DNA of 64,000 nt, from assembly GCA_951406725.2 (NCBI GenBank), contig OX597815.1, positions 141,050,001-141,114,000 on the forward strand, read 5' to 3'. Positions 11,703-24,797 of this stretch are shown here, piece after piece (position 1 is the first letter of the stretch; the number at the start of each line of letters is the position of its first letter). The notes under the pieces are model-generated. The model worked only from the letters and a program-made list of their open reading frames with translations. It was not told where the DNA came from and searched no databases. The translations under genes were made by a program, and so were the position numbers. This DNA comes from Octopus vulgaris (Eukaryota).

Positions 11703-12309
11703 AAGTTTGAATTGATACATATACATACCGTCGTGTGTATGCGTGCTTAAGCACAAGCATACTTTCACTTACACATACACAGATACGCATGCTTACAAAT
11801 ATATATGCTTTGCTATATACAAACTTATATAAACATTCTAAATTTGACAACATTGCTTTTTTTAAAAAAAACATTGCTTTTAAAAAATGGGTGCATTAAT
11901 AAAAATATATACGAAAGACATATAAAATAAAATATAACATCCTATTTTGGGTCATTTATAAATAATCAAGGTAATATAAATAATCAAGGTAATCTTATGC
12001 AATACAATAACATGAAAACAAAGTTTGTAGGTTTTTCCTAATATATATGTAGAAACAATAAGACTTTGCTATAGGTCCGTCGTAGCGCTCAAGAGTCAAA
12101 ATCAAAATCAAAAAATCAAAAGCAATGTTTTTTTTTTTTTTTTTTTTTAAAAAAAGCAATGTTGTCAAATTTAGAATGTTTATATAAGTTTGTATATAGC
12201 AAAGCATATATATTTGTAAGCATGCGTATCTGTGCATGTGTAAGTGAAAGTATGCTTGTGCTTAAGCACGCATACACACGACGGTATGTATATGTATCAA
12301 TTCAAACTT
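11703..12309. repeat. Long inverted repeat (arms about 180 bp, spacer about 240 bp)
   Basis: 11703-11880 is the near-perfect reverse complement of 12118-12309, differing mainly in the length of a T/A run. Confidence 0.92.
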
Positions 12310-12711
12310 ATATGTATATGTATCAATTCAAATAGAGAGTTAATTAATAAATTATTATTTATTAATTAAAAAGTTGACAAACATCTCTTTCGGCTCATTT
12401 ATTTCAAGACCTTCAGAAAATTAATGAATAATATTAAAAACTATTCGAGAGTCGAATCTCGTCAGAGGTAGTTTAATATATACAAAAATGTGTTCAATTC
12501 CTTCATGTTGAGTAAACGGCTGCAATCCGTTATCATTTAAAGTCTAAGGAGGATAACTATTTTACTATTTTACTTTTTATTTTTTACATTTTAGTTCCTG
12601 TTTTTCGTTTTCCGTTGTTTACTGTCTGCGTTTTTTATATTCTGTCTTCTGGGTTTTTTCGCGTTTCTTCAATTATTCACTTTCTTTAGTTCGTTATGAT
12701 ATGTGATTTGC

Positions 12712-12760
12712 GCCTGAAGGATATATTTGAGATTTCTTAACATATGAAACTATTAGTAGC
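12712..12760 (+). ncRNA. Hammerhead-like motif in a T-rich pLTR-like segment
   Basis: gc-CTGAAGGA-tatat...catat-GAAA-ctattag-TA-gc, with AATAAA shortly downstream. The core has one extra base and stem I is very short. Confidence 0.35.
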
Positions 12761-13904
12761 TTTAATACATGTATTGTGACTTATAAATAAACATTTATCT
12801 CTCACCTGATGGAGTACTTTTTTGTTGAATTTTCTATCACGGTCAGTACATTATATAGATAGGCACATGTGTGTGTGTGTATGCGTTTTTAATGCATGTG
12901 CATGTGTGTGCAATTTTTCGGAGGTAATTGTGGTTCAGTTCAATAGTAATTAGATTTAAATTCGGTCGTGGGGGAGAGGTATTGTGGAGGATTTTCCTTT
13001 GATTAAATTTGGAGTCAGGCTTCTGCTCAGAATTTATTCATGCCTGTAGAAATTTATAAACAGGTGTTTACAATTTCTAAACAGGTATGTCGGGAAAGTT
13101 TTTTGGCCAGCATATATCATTACTTTTCGTTATTTTTGATTTTACCGCATTTAATCCTTTATGTATGTATATACATACATACAGACATACATACATACAC
13201 ATATACATATATATATATATGTATATATATATATATGTGTATATATGCATACATACACCTATATATGTGTATGAATGTATAAATATCATTTCAAGTGAAA
13301 CGAGCTGTATGTAAGTAAATATATTCGAACATACGAAAAAAGATTGTGGTATCATATAAATTGTATAGAATAAAGTATTAATATAAATTTTGCTAATTAA
13401 GTGTAACATAAATCTCACGATAAGCTTGAATTACAAAGAAACATCTACAAAAATTGCAATAAAATATTGTTGAAGAAATACTTCAATTTATAACTAAATG
13501 ATCAGATTAATTAGAGCTGGTTTCAATTTGGTTGTGGACAAATTTAATTAAGCTTAAGATAATGATAGATGTTTTATTAGGATATTGTGGGAAGAAATCT
13601 TAATTAAATTGAGTATAATGACTAAAAAACTGAAACTTAGTTTAAGTGATTGAATTAATGGGTTAAAAGATGAAGCACATCTAGAAAAAGTGCTGAGTTT
13701 TTTTAAAATTTATTACTGCATAGCTTTACTACGATATTACAGAAAAAAGTAAAATGATGAAGAACGTAGTACCTGAGAGGAATGCAGGAATGTTCCTTTA
13801 TGTAAAAATGGAATGAGGGTTCACCGTCACTCAAGACAAATATCCAATAAAAACTATAATAAATTGAATAGCATACAACATACTTTTACTTTTAACTTTT
13901 GCCG

Positions 13905-14280
13905 CGGTTATTGAACTGAAGCCATGACGAGGCACCACGCTGAAATGTTTCATCGAATAAATCGAGCCCGGTACTTACTTTTGGTGTTCGGTATTCTATC
14001 ACCTCTTCAGCCGAATCGCGAAGTTGAAGAACAGAAACAAATCAACACAGGTTGAGAAGCAATATAGAGTACGGAAGCAAACACAAGAACACCCAAACAA
14101 ACACACGCGCGCACAAATGTACGCACACACGCACACACACACACAGACTCACTCATACACACACACACACAAAATAACGTGGAGCTCTGGATTAAAGTAG
14201 AAAACATTTGCTCGAGGTGCCTCGCAGTGTCACTGAACTCCGAAACCACGAGGTTGCAAAGGACAGGGATACTCATGTGC
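13905..14280 (-). mobile_element. tRNA-derived SINE, family A (degenerate)
   Basis: Similar to the copies at 34382, 40097 and 49414: head ..GTTCAGT..CACTGCG.GGCACCT.G.GCAA.TG..TTCTACT, internal (CA)n, tail with GTGC..C..CATGGC. Confidence 0.6.
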
Positions 14281-15029
14281 CAACGAATTGCTTTTTATCA
14301 ACCTATTAACAGCCAAATTTTTAAAATTCATATTTTTGGGGCTTTGCTAGTTGTCTTAGGAGTTACAATTATATATGTTGAATATTTTGGAAATTATGGT
14401 AAATTTTTCGAAAAGTTCTAAATGGGGATTGCTGAAAAAAAGCGTATTTACACTTTTGCATTCAATTGCAATAATAAACATTTTTGGTTTTTGAAACTGT
14501 TGTATCAAATGCGACAGTGTATGAAATATCAATGTATGATATATATGGGAAATACAAGAAAACTAAAAAATTGTTTTCAAAACATTCAACAAATTTGTAA
14601 TTCAAAACTTTCGATTTATGATATAAAATGCCCTGTGGAATTAGTTAGAGTTAATAATTACAAACTTTAACTAATAAATATTGTTAAACCCACTTCTGCA
14701 ATTGCAATGTACAAGAGCAATTCATTTTAAGTACAACGAACAACCGGCAGAGACTGTCTTTAGCAAATCCCCAAATGGAGTTCATGGCAGGCAATGGATT
14801 AATATGCTCTGATATAATAAATAATGCAGATAAGTTTTTAAAACATTGACTATTCAGTAAATAGTTGCTTAAGAGTATTAAATATGCAAGTATTCTACGT
14901 TTAAAATAAAAATCTAATTTTGAAAATTACTTGAATAATTATAGTAGCGAAAGCAATTTTATCTGACCTTGAGATTTTTCATTGCTAATATTGTTTTCGC
15001 AACATATAGGATTTTTCAATTGAATATTA

Positions 15030-15420
15030 TGTTACAAACTAGCGGAATTTGAGGACAAAATGGTAGGTGAGATTCCGAGTGGTCTCTGTGCAAAGATAGT
15101 CTGAGCAATGAGAGATGTTGCAGCGAATGGCCGGTAAAGCGGAAATAGCACAAGACCTGGGTGTCATTGCCGAGTCTGATGTCTTGGCGGTGTACCGCGT
15201 ACCGGTCAGCTAAGCGATGGTCGTTTGACAGATGTACGATTAAGGATAGATAAAGTAGGAGATACAGTAAATGACATTACTAAAAGTGCAGGGAAAAGAG
15301 TCGGTGAAATGATGGGGACAATGATGTGCACCTGTGAGGATGGTTTTGTTGAAGAGTTTGTGATGGGTGCGACAGCATAGGCGGTTAGAACCGTGACCTG
15401 GGAGCCTGGAGATCTTCACT
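15030..15420 (-). mobile_element. Penelope GIY-YIG endonuclease fragment (degenerate)
   Basis: Hand translation gives CTFSNVIYCISY...YICQT..RLADRYAVHRQDIRLGNDTQV..YFRFTGHSLQHL, matching CTSSNVIYCI.C..YIG.T..L.DRF.EH. Confidence 0.65.
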
Positions 15421-15447
15421 AATCTAAGTCAGATTTTTAGCTTGGTG

Positions 15448-16617
15448 CTCTCTTAACAACAATTATTTTTAGAATCTTCCATATGTCACTGGTGTTTTCT
15501 GTGAGGTCAGAGTGTCGGATATTTTGGCCTTGTTGTGAAAAGACGATAAGTTTAGAGTATTCCCACTCTGACAGTAACACACAATTCTTATTGCAGTTTT
15601 CCATGACCAGGAACCCATAAAGCATTTCTGTCACCTATCTCTATTATAAAACATTTTGCCCGGATTGATAATCCCTCACTACATATAAATGTATACATAC
15701 TTTTACATACATATTCAAGCACATATACATGGACACATGCACGCAAACACTCACATACGCACACGCGTTCACACACACGCACACACATATACACTCACAC
15801 AGATAGAATGAGAGTGTTCTATATAGAAACCTGGCTGACAATCGTTACTTTTCTCTGTCATATATATTTTCAAATCTTTTACATTTCTAATTCTTAACCA
15901 TTCAGACTTACACGGAAATGCGCATTCGTTCCTAATTATTGCTTATTCACTCACATCTGCTACATTGTGGAGGTAATTGTATCTTCAGTTTTTCAGTCAA
16001 TATACTTTCTAAGTAACTCTTTCAAGTATTGTCCCCACCACAGAAGTTGCGTCCACTAATACCTCATTCATATCATCTCCATTTGCCTTTCTATCGTATA
16101 AATGTAATCTCCAGCATAATCATTTTCTCTTACAGTAAACAAAGGGCAGCTCTATAATTCAATAACGCTGTTATATTTGAAAGAAATGATCTTCTTGCAT
16201 CCACTAGAAATTATATAACTCTTACATCTCTTTCAATTGATCATTTGTGCTGATATATCACTTTATTTGAAATGGCAATCATAACTAAATTTGACATATA
16301 TCTGTACTTTATTTCTTAACATTAATTTACGTTTCTTTTATTTTTCTCATTTTATTCTTTTTTCTCCATAGACAAAACTCTTCTCTTCTCTGTTATTCTC
16401 AAATTATTCTTTGTTCCGTGTTCTCTTAACAACACAATTATTTTTAGAGTCTTCCATATGTCTACCGGTGTTTTCTCTGAGGACAGTGAGTCGCAATTTT
16501 TGGCCTTGTTGTGAGAAGACGATACGTTTACCGTATTCCCACTCTGTCAGTAACATTCAATTCTTATTGCAGTTCTCAATGGCCAGGAACCCATATAGCA
16601 TTTCTGTCAACCTCTCT
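15448..16617. repeat. Diverged direct duplication of about 190 bp (15448-15640 and 16422-16617)
   Basis: Both copies run from ctcttaacaac..ttatttttaga through ggccttgttgtga..agacgata to ccaggaacccata.agcatttctgtca. Confidence 0.88.
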
Positions 16618-16635
16618 TTCTCTCTTTCTCTCTCT

Positions 16636-16666
<31 letters not shown>

Positions 16667-16779
16667 CTCTAGATCTCTAACCGACTAAACTAACTAAATA
16701 CCTAACTCTATATCTCCATATATGAACATAAATATGTAGTTAAGTATTTACACACATACGTAAATACATGCACACACTC

Positions 16780-17001
16780 ATACATACATACATACATGCA
16801 TGCATACATACATACATACATACATACACGCATACAGATATAGATACATATACTCGCACACCTACATACATACATACATACGTACGTACATACATACATA
16901 CATACATACATACATACATACATACATACATACATACGTACGTACGTACATAATACATACATACATACATACATACATACATACATACATACATACATAC
17001 A
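16780..17001. repeat. (TACA)n microsatellite
   Basis: Directly visible. Confidence 0.95.
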
Positions 17002-17455
17002 TTAATTGCAGGAGACATCTATCAGCCGATGAGGCAGTGGTAGTTATTATGTGGAGACGTCTTGTATCTTAAGTTTGTCAATTATCGACTCAGTCATGGG
17101 AATGATGGGAATAAGTTTCTAAAATAAAATTATATTCCTAGTTCCTTTCACAGAGAATAGAATTTTGGTAATTTATCTTCGACAGGAAAGCTGATTAAAT
17201 GAATAAAATATACGTTTGAAAGAAGGAAATATTTTAATCATTTGACGAATAAATATATTTTATGAATAAATTCATATTCTATAAACAACATTAAACAGAT
17301 TAAGTTTAATTTCGGTACTAAATCATTTTTGAAACAATCTTCAAGAAAAAAATGAGAAAGAAAACAAAAACAGAAAGACTTCTGAAATCAGCGTTTGTGG
17401 TTTTGTTTTCCCTCTTCTCCATAGCAACAATGATAACTGAAGCAAAAATGAGCTG

Positions 17456-17498
<43 letters not shown>

Positions 17499-17882
17499 GT
17501 ACGCGCAGACACACACAGAGAAACATTCTTACACACATACACACAGACATACACATGTACACACACACACACACAAACACTCACGCGCGTACACACGCGC
17601 CCATAGCCCCCATCCCGTACACGTAGTCGCGCACACAGAAACCATCATAGCCAAATGAAACATTAATTCAAGATCAATAACGACAACATTCGGAGAATAT
17701 ATTATGAAAAGATCAAGCAAATATTAATCTTGTTCTATTGTTAAATGCCCAGCATCAGACAATACTTGTGTTTTGCCGACATTTAAGCCGGATAATTGCT
17801 ACCAGATAATTAATCAATGCCATATATATTTGATTGCACTCATTCTTACGTTATTACTATTATTATTATTCTTATAACTATT

Positions 17883-17883
<1 letters not shown>

Positions 17884-17980
<97 letters not shown>

Positions 17981-17997
17981 TTGCTGCTGTTGCTGCT
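17884..17997. repeat. (CTA)n-(CTG)n compound microsatellite
   Basis: Directly visible. Confidence 0.95.
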
Positions 17998-18392
17998 ATA
18001 TCTGTTTCTAAAGAGTCTGTATCACAATATGTCGTAACATTATTTGCTTTCTTATTTATCAAAATTTATTTTTTGTTATTGTAATAAGCAATTCAGTAGC
18101 AAAACTAAACAAAATAATTTACTATGATCACCTAATGCATAAAGTTTGCTTCACGGACTCGTAAATCACTGATCAATTTGTAGAGTGGTTGAGGGGGAAA
18201 CTGTTTGAAAGAGAAACCCCCCAGAACAGTGTATATCTATTTTACAATGTAATAATTCAATAAAGAAACTATTCTCGATTGAGTATAAAGATTATGAGAC
18301 CAATCAAACGTTTTATTCAAAGAAAATAATCATTAAAGCATAAATAATTGATTCATAAGTCGCTGGTCCTTCCAATTATACACACGCGCGCG

Positions 18393-18427
<35 letters not shown>

Positions 18428-18506
18428 GCACGCACGCACATAAATACATACATACTTACACACGCACACACATGTATTTATATAAATGTTTATATATATA
18501 TAATTA

Positions 18507-18551
<45 letters not shown>

Positions 18552-18623
18552 TGTTATTTATGCACTGGTTTATGTCTATCACTGTTTGAGTTGCATAATA
18601 GTGGTTTTATCTCTAATTCATAT

Positions 18624-18657
<34 letters not shown>

Positions 18658-18659
18658 AA

Positions 18660-18766
18660 GGTTGCAAGACGCAACAAAAATTTTAGAAAAATAAAATGGA
18701 AATTTTACCGGTGAGTGTGTTAAATTATAAGGCACCAAAAAAGAATTACTCTCCCCAGACACAACA
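18660..18766. mobile_element. Partial copy of the fold-back MITE family seen complete at 45303-45522
   Basis: gttgcaagacgcaac..ttttaccggtgagtgtgttaaattataaggcac..actctccccagacacaa is shared with that element. Confidence 0.75.
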
Positions 18767-19029
18767 GTATATATATATAAACATATATATACACTCACAC
18801 ACACACACATCCTTCTTTTGCAGCCTCCTTTCTAGTTCCAAAATCGTGGTTGAGTGATTAACATCGATTATTGTTAGAACTGTAACTAAGGGCGCATTTG
18901 GCAGGACAAGAGAGCACAAGACACTCTGTCTAGTGTTCTGATGTCTTTGTGTATTTTCCTTAATCGCAAACAAATAGAAACCCGGACACACCCAAACTAC
19001 AAACTCACCTGCCTCAGTTTATATACATA

Positions 19030-19406
19030 CACTTGCGTCAGAAATTAATTAGCACTTCTCAAATTTCTACATTAAATAGGTTAAATCAATTAACCTATGA
19101 GCTGTTCAAAACGTCTTACGCGATGAGAAAACTTAGTATGGTGTGATTTCGGTCCTTGCGAGGCGCTACCTATATCTATTAAACAAAGGAAGATTTGTCT
19201 GCATCTGCACTCCAATTTGTTGCACTGCTATGTCAACATCATAAGGCTGTATACTCTCAAACTGCTCTGCAAACAAAGTTACGTCATCGTTCTGCGCAAC
19301 AGTGAACTCGCAACAAAGCAATAGTTCAAGATATGGCCACTAGGTGACAGCACATACCTTGAGTGAAGAGCAAATCAAGGGTGCTAATTAATTTCTGACG
19401 GTAGTG
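19030..19406. mobile_element. Tc1/mariner-type MITE with 26-bp TIRs and TA target duplication
   Basis: Left: TA|CACTTGCGTCAGAAATTAATTAGCAC. Right: GTGCTAATTAATTTCTGACGGTAGTG|TA. The TIRs match at 24/26. Confidence 0.85.
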
Positions 19407-20199
19407 TATGCATACATATACAGACACGTAGGTACACATACACGCGCGCACGCACATTCACACACACACACACACGTACATACATGTATATATGTATGTA
19501 TATAGATTTTTATTAATCCAAACATGTGAAGGACTGGAAGAAATGAAGCTGAAAATGCGTAAAAAATATAGAAGAATTATAATTTAATATGTAGGCATAA
19601 ATTTGACTTATTTTCACATTAGACTTCATCAATTAGTGATAGTTTCCTCCAACTGAACGATTTATGCTATTCTGACTGTTATTATGCAACTGGTTTGATT
19701 TGAAAGTAGAAATGTCTCTTAGGGCTCTATCCGTTAAGGTTCATGAACGTTGATTGTCAACGTTCATGTTTTACATTCAAGTGAAAGTCGCTCGAAAAGA
19801 TCACATAAAAGCCTTTCTCCAGTTAATAAGTCATATACCTTTTAGAAAAGATAGATGAGGTATATAAGGGATATAATAATCCTTCAAATAAAAGTGCTAT
19901 AGATAATTATTGTTTATTATTTTCTCGAAGAATACCTTCATCAATTAGTGATAGTTTCCTCCAACTGAACATGCTAACACATATCCCTGTTTTGTTCACA
20001 AGGTGTAGACTAAATAAGATAACAAGCTGTAGAGTAAATAAGACAGATGATAGCTGCTACACGATATTTCTTTTTGAGAACGAGCCGAAGCAGACATTCT
20101 ACAATAATTCATTCATAAGCAAAGGAGAATCATATAATACTGATGTTTTTAATAAACGAACTTTCCTTCTTAATACGTGTTTGGTCAGGAGTATTGTCA

Positions 20200-20830
20200 G
20201 CATATTGATGGGGTGAGAAGACCAGAAATTTGTGAGATTTAGTTCTAGCGTGTGTGTGATGTTCGTTTACAAAGTGATATTTATCTTGTTTTGGGATCCT
20301 TATTTGTAGATGATAAATATTTAATCTGTATATCAAAATGAGTTAATTTGTCCAGTTTAGTCTTCCCTGTATCAATTACATCTGATGGCATACATTAACT
20401 ATGCTAAGTATAAGTGCAATTGTTTTCGCAGTTATAACTTGTCCGTATTTATAGTTCTGTCTTCAATAAGGTCCTCATAATTTCTATAAATGGATCAACG
20501 ACACTTTACAACTGTTGCATCTAAAGTCCTTAATTGGTAGTTACGCGTTCGTAAATAATTTTCTTTTTTTTTTTTTTGTGGATATAGGACTTTGTGTACA
20601 TTTTGCATATGATTTTCTGTATGGGTGAAGTGCTCTTTACATATTTGGGGTTGGTCCAATAGCTGTATGATCTGATAGATAATGGTAAATGTTGTATATT
20701 TCTCAGGGCTGTATGTTGTAATTGAAGATAAGCGTTTTAGGTGTATCGGGACTATTTTGCTTTTCTTCCGTAGTCGAACGAAGTAAATTATAGCTCATTC
20801 TATAAGATGGGATCAATTCTAGAATATCCG
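20200..20830 (-). mobile_element. Highly degenerate Penelope GIY-YIG remnant
   Basis: Fragments LMYAIRC, TGQ and RLNIYHLQIRIPK..VNEH resemble IY.I.C..YIGQT..R...H.QQIR.P..SEH. Confidence 0.4.
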
Positions 20831-21304
20831 CCATTTATATAAATATGAGTGTGTCTGTATGTATACGCACACACACTCTCAAAAACACATACACTTATAC
20901 ATACGAGCGCTAAAACACACTTGAGTTTTCTAATTTACTCACTCTGTGTGGCACCTCTCCGAGATGCTGCGCAGTGGGATTAAACCAGGATGTACAGCAA
21001 AAGGTCGACCAATATCTTGTGTCTGAATTCGTTAAGTAGAAATTGGGTGGTAGGCTACAATATTTATGCGTTTGTGGATATGCGTGTATAGGCGACTGCC
21101 CGTGTGCATGCGCATAATTTTCTTCGTTATGAATTTTTGTGACTGCATACCTGTTTAATATACAGAACAAATACCATTATGGGCATTGTAGTGACAAAAT
21201 AATATGCAAACTAGTGAGTAACACTTTACACCGGATTTACGCCGATAACAGATTTAAGAATCTGTAAAACCTCGAAGTTTACATTCGCTGTTGACAATAA
21301 TAAT

Positions 21305-21715
21305 ATCGGTTTCAAATTTTGACACAAGGCCAGCAATTTCGAAGAATGCCTCGAGTCAATTACATCGACCCCAGTCATTAACTGCTACTTATTTTATCGA
21401 CCCCGAAAGAATCAAAGTTAACGTCATCCCCAGTGTACTAACGATTCTGACACTTCACAGTCTTAATTGACAACAATGATATAAGAAAAATAATTACAAC
21501 ATGGATGTTGTTTTCAAATTCTGGCACAAGACCAATAACTTCTGGGGTGCAGGTAAGATGACTGCATGGATCCTCAATGCTCGACTGGTATTTTTTGTTA
21601 AACCTGAAAAGATGAGAGGCAAAGTCGATCTCGGTGGGATTTGAATTCAGAATGAAAATGCAAATGATATGCTACAAAGCATTTTGCCCTGAGTGCTAAC
21701 GATTCTGCCAGCGCA
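21305..21715 (-). mobile_element. Two adjacent degenerate copies of SINE family B
   Basis: Reverse complements of ..GCAGAATCGTTAGCA..GTCGACTTTGCC.TTCATC.TTTC.GGGTCGAT..CTGGGGTCGATGTAAT..GGCCTTGTG at about 21305-21470 and 21510-21715. Confidence 0.7.
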
Positions 21716-22369
21716 TCGCACAACAACAGGATTGTTATTAACAACCAGACTGCCACTGACTTGCTGGGTCATCGAGAAGTTTGAGTTTCCCAGCAACGGC
21801 GTTCTGTTTCGTGGGTTTATTTTCTCATCCATGTTATTTCGCATGCTTTCAATGAATGTGACACGGAACTTACGAGTAAATGTCTCCTTTCCCCAGAAAA
21901 GGAAAGATTTTGCTATTATTTCTTGCACGACCTGCTATCACGTAACAGGTATTTCGGGTTCTTTATCGTAAATAGCTATTACGTTTTGGCAGAGCGTTCT
22001 AGAAATGGCAGCCAAATCTTTGGATACGTTGAATGCACTCGAAATATTTACCGTATGTTTAGTCATTTCTACTTAAAAGTATGATGCCCAACTTAACGTG
22101 TCTAATGGAAACGTTAGAGCTTCTTACCTTTCATGATGAAGCTATTTTCAGAGTAATTTCCCGTTATGCACCGTTTTGGGGTATTTATACCTCAAAACCC
22201 CGAATATCTCAATAACTACTAGTCCAAATTACGTGAAAGTTGTTTTATTATGTTCCTATTCACATTCAGGCGCACTTTACTTTCAAAGTATTTTCCCATT
22301 TGACTGTGTAACATTGCAAGCAAGCAAGATTGAACTTCACTTTTAATGTATTGTAGATAGTTAAGGCGG

Positions 22370-22575
22370 ATAACTTGCACAGTTATTGCCCCAATGGTAA
22401 AGTGTTTAGCAGCATTTCTTCCGACCTTAGGATCTGTGTTCAAATGACACCGTGGTCGACTTTGCATTTCAGTTTTTGGGGTGGATAAAATAAGTAGTAA
22501 TTGAGAGCTGAGGTCGATGAAAACGACTTGTAGTCTCCGTCAAAATTACTGGTCTTGACCCCAAATTAGAGACGA
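22370..22575 (+). mobile_element. SINE family B, degenerate
   Basis: gttcaaat..ggtcgactttgcatttca..ggataaaataagta..ggtcgatg, as in the copies at 29653 and 31901. Confidence 0.55.
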
Positions 22576-22580
22576 ATATT

Positions 22581-23096
22581 GTTAATGCTAGTTGTTGTAA
22601 TAGTTGTAGTAAGGGTGGTATTAGCACGTATAGTAGTACATCTTAAGTAAATAAGCAAACAAAACACTCATAGACGAACATAGAAAAAACACACTAGTAT
22701 TTATACGCGTGAGCATTTATATACGTGCGTAAATACGCACACACAAACATTTCAAAATGTGTGCTTCATTCCCCTTTGTTGTAAATGATACTGCATAATA
22801 TATAGCACCACCAATGAAACTTCTACCATTCGTAAGAACACTTGTACGATAAATTATTTTGTGTTACTGAAAATCAATTTTTCTCCGCTGTTTAAAAAAA
22901 TTAATTTTTATGCAGCTTGATAAACAGTTATTGTCGCTATGACATTACTGATTCCTGGAAATTCTAGTCTAAAAACCATCATGGCGACTATACAAAAGTT
23001 TCACAGAGTTCTACACAAAAGAAAAAAATATGAGAAAATTATGAAATATTGAAGCACACTGTATATGTGTGTAAATATATATATATATATGTGTGT

Positions 23097-23174
<78 letters not shown>

Positions 23175-23341
23175 TATCGAAACAGGAAGCTGGAAAATTT
23201 CTTCGTTATTATTTCTTCAAGACGTCACAGCTTGGGTTTTTCCCTACTAACGTAAAATATATAAACTCTATCTGAACACTTGCCTCCCCTCTCTCTGTAT
23301 ATACATATATGTATTTGTATTTGTGTGCATGTGCGTGTGTT

Positions 23342-23380
<39 letters not shown>

Positions 23381-23749
23381 TATTTATTTAAGCGCCCCTT
23401 TGAAGCTCATGGGTCCGGTTTCCCGATTTCTGTGGCGTATGTGTTCCCTCCAGCTGGACGGGACGCCAGTCCATCGGTGCGTTACTCAAGAAACAGGAAG
23501 AAAGAGTGAGAGAAAGTTGGGGGCGAATGTATACAACAGTGGTCGCCACCTCACATCGTGGAGCTTTAGATGTTTTCGCTCAATAATCACACCCAACACT
23601 CGGTCTGGGAATCGAAAACGCGAGTCCGCTGCCCTAACCACTTGGCCATTGCGCCTACACACACACACACGCACACACACACACAAACACGCACACACTC
23701 ACACGCACACACATACAGACGCACACACGCAGGCACACACACACACACG

Positions 23750-23785
<36 letters not shown>

Positions 23786-23962
23786 CATACATATACATAT
23801 ATGTATTTATATATTCCTATGTATATATATATATGTGTGTGTGTGTACACTCGCAGACACACACACACACACACACACATATAGTTAATGTTAGTTGTTG
23901 TAATAGTTGTAATAAGGGTGATATTGGCACGTATAGTAGTACATCTTAAATAAATAAGCAAA
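22581..23962. repeat. 79-bp direct repeat pair (22581-22659 and 23884-23962)
   Basis: 74/79 identical by manual comparison. Confidence 0.9.
23390..23656 (-). mobile_element. tRNA-derived SINE, family C
   Basis: Head GGCGCAATGGCCAAGTGGTTAGGGCAGCGGACTCGCG..TTCGATTCCC carries Pol III A and B boxes. It is followed by a non-tRNA body and an (AAAT)n tail, and sits between microsatellites. Confidence 0.8.
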
Positions 23963-24039
23963 ACAAGGCACTGAACAAAACAATGATTTAATGCTTATGT
24001 ATGTGTGTCTGTGTACCTGTGCCAGCATGTTTATTGGTG

Positions 24040-24081
<42 letters not shown>

Positions 24082-24105
24082 TATCAATATATATATATAT
24101 TATAT

Positions 24106-24157
24106 AGCTTCTAACAGGACTAGAACTGTTTCATTCATGAGAAATCTTCAGGAAGCT
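24106..24157 (-). ncRNA. Hammerhead-like motif
   Basis: AGCTTC-CTGAAGA-tttctcatgaat-GAAA-cag..ctg-TTA-GAAGCT. Stem II is weak and there is one extra base at the cleavage site. Confidence 0.45.
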
Positions 24158-24739
24158 AGTTAACAAGAATTGTATTGGCATTTATACATTTAGGCAGGTT
24201 TAAAGGGGTGTTGGTGGGGGACTTTTTGGGGGTAGGCATAGCGCAAAATATCATACTTGGGGGAGTGGTCAAGGAGTCAGTGTTAAATTAGATAGAAGAA
24301 TAAATTTAAAAAAAAAAAAATATATATATATAAAAATATATAAAAATATATATAAAAAAAAGGGAATAGAGTTTTAGGTAAATAAGGAGATTCTCACTTA
24401 TACCTATGCACATATGTATACATATATACACACACGTACAAACATATATACATATACATACACACATACGTATACACACACATATATACATATATATACA
24501 CTTATACATATACATATCTACACATACACATATATGTATACATACACACACTCACATACATACACATATACACATGTATATATACACACACGACCACACA
24601 TACATATACACACAGAAAAATATATATACACATACACACACATACTCACATACACGCATACACACACATATCCACACACACACCTGCACACACAGCACAC
24701 TATATATACACATACACACACATATACACACACATACAT

Positions 24740-24797
<58 letters not shown>

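Noticed and set aside
12370-12420. Hammerhead-like CTGAAGG..GAAA on the minus strand
   Set aside because: Core deviates and stems I and III do not pair convincingly.
23600-23656. tRNA-like sequence
   Set aside because: It has A and B boxes but no full cloverleaf and continues into a SINE body.
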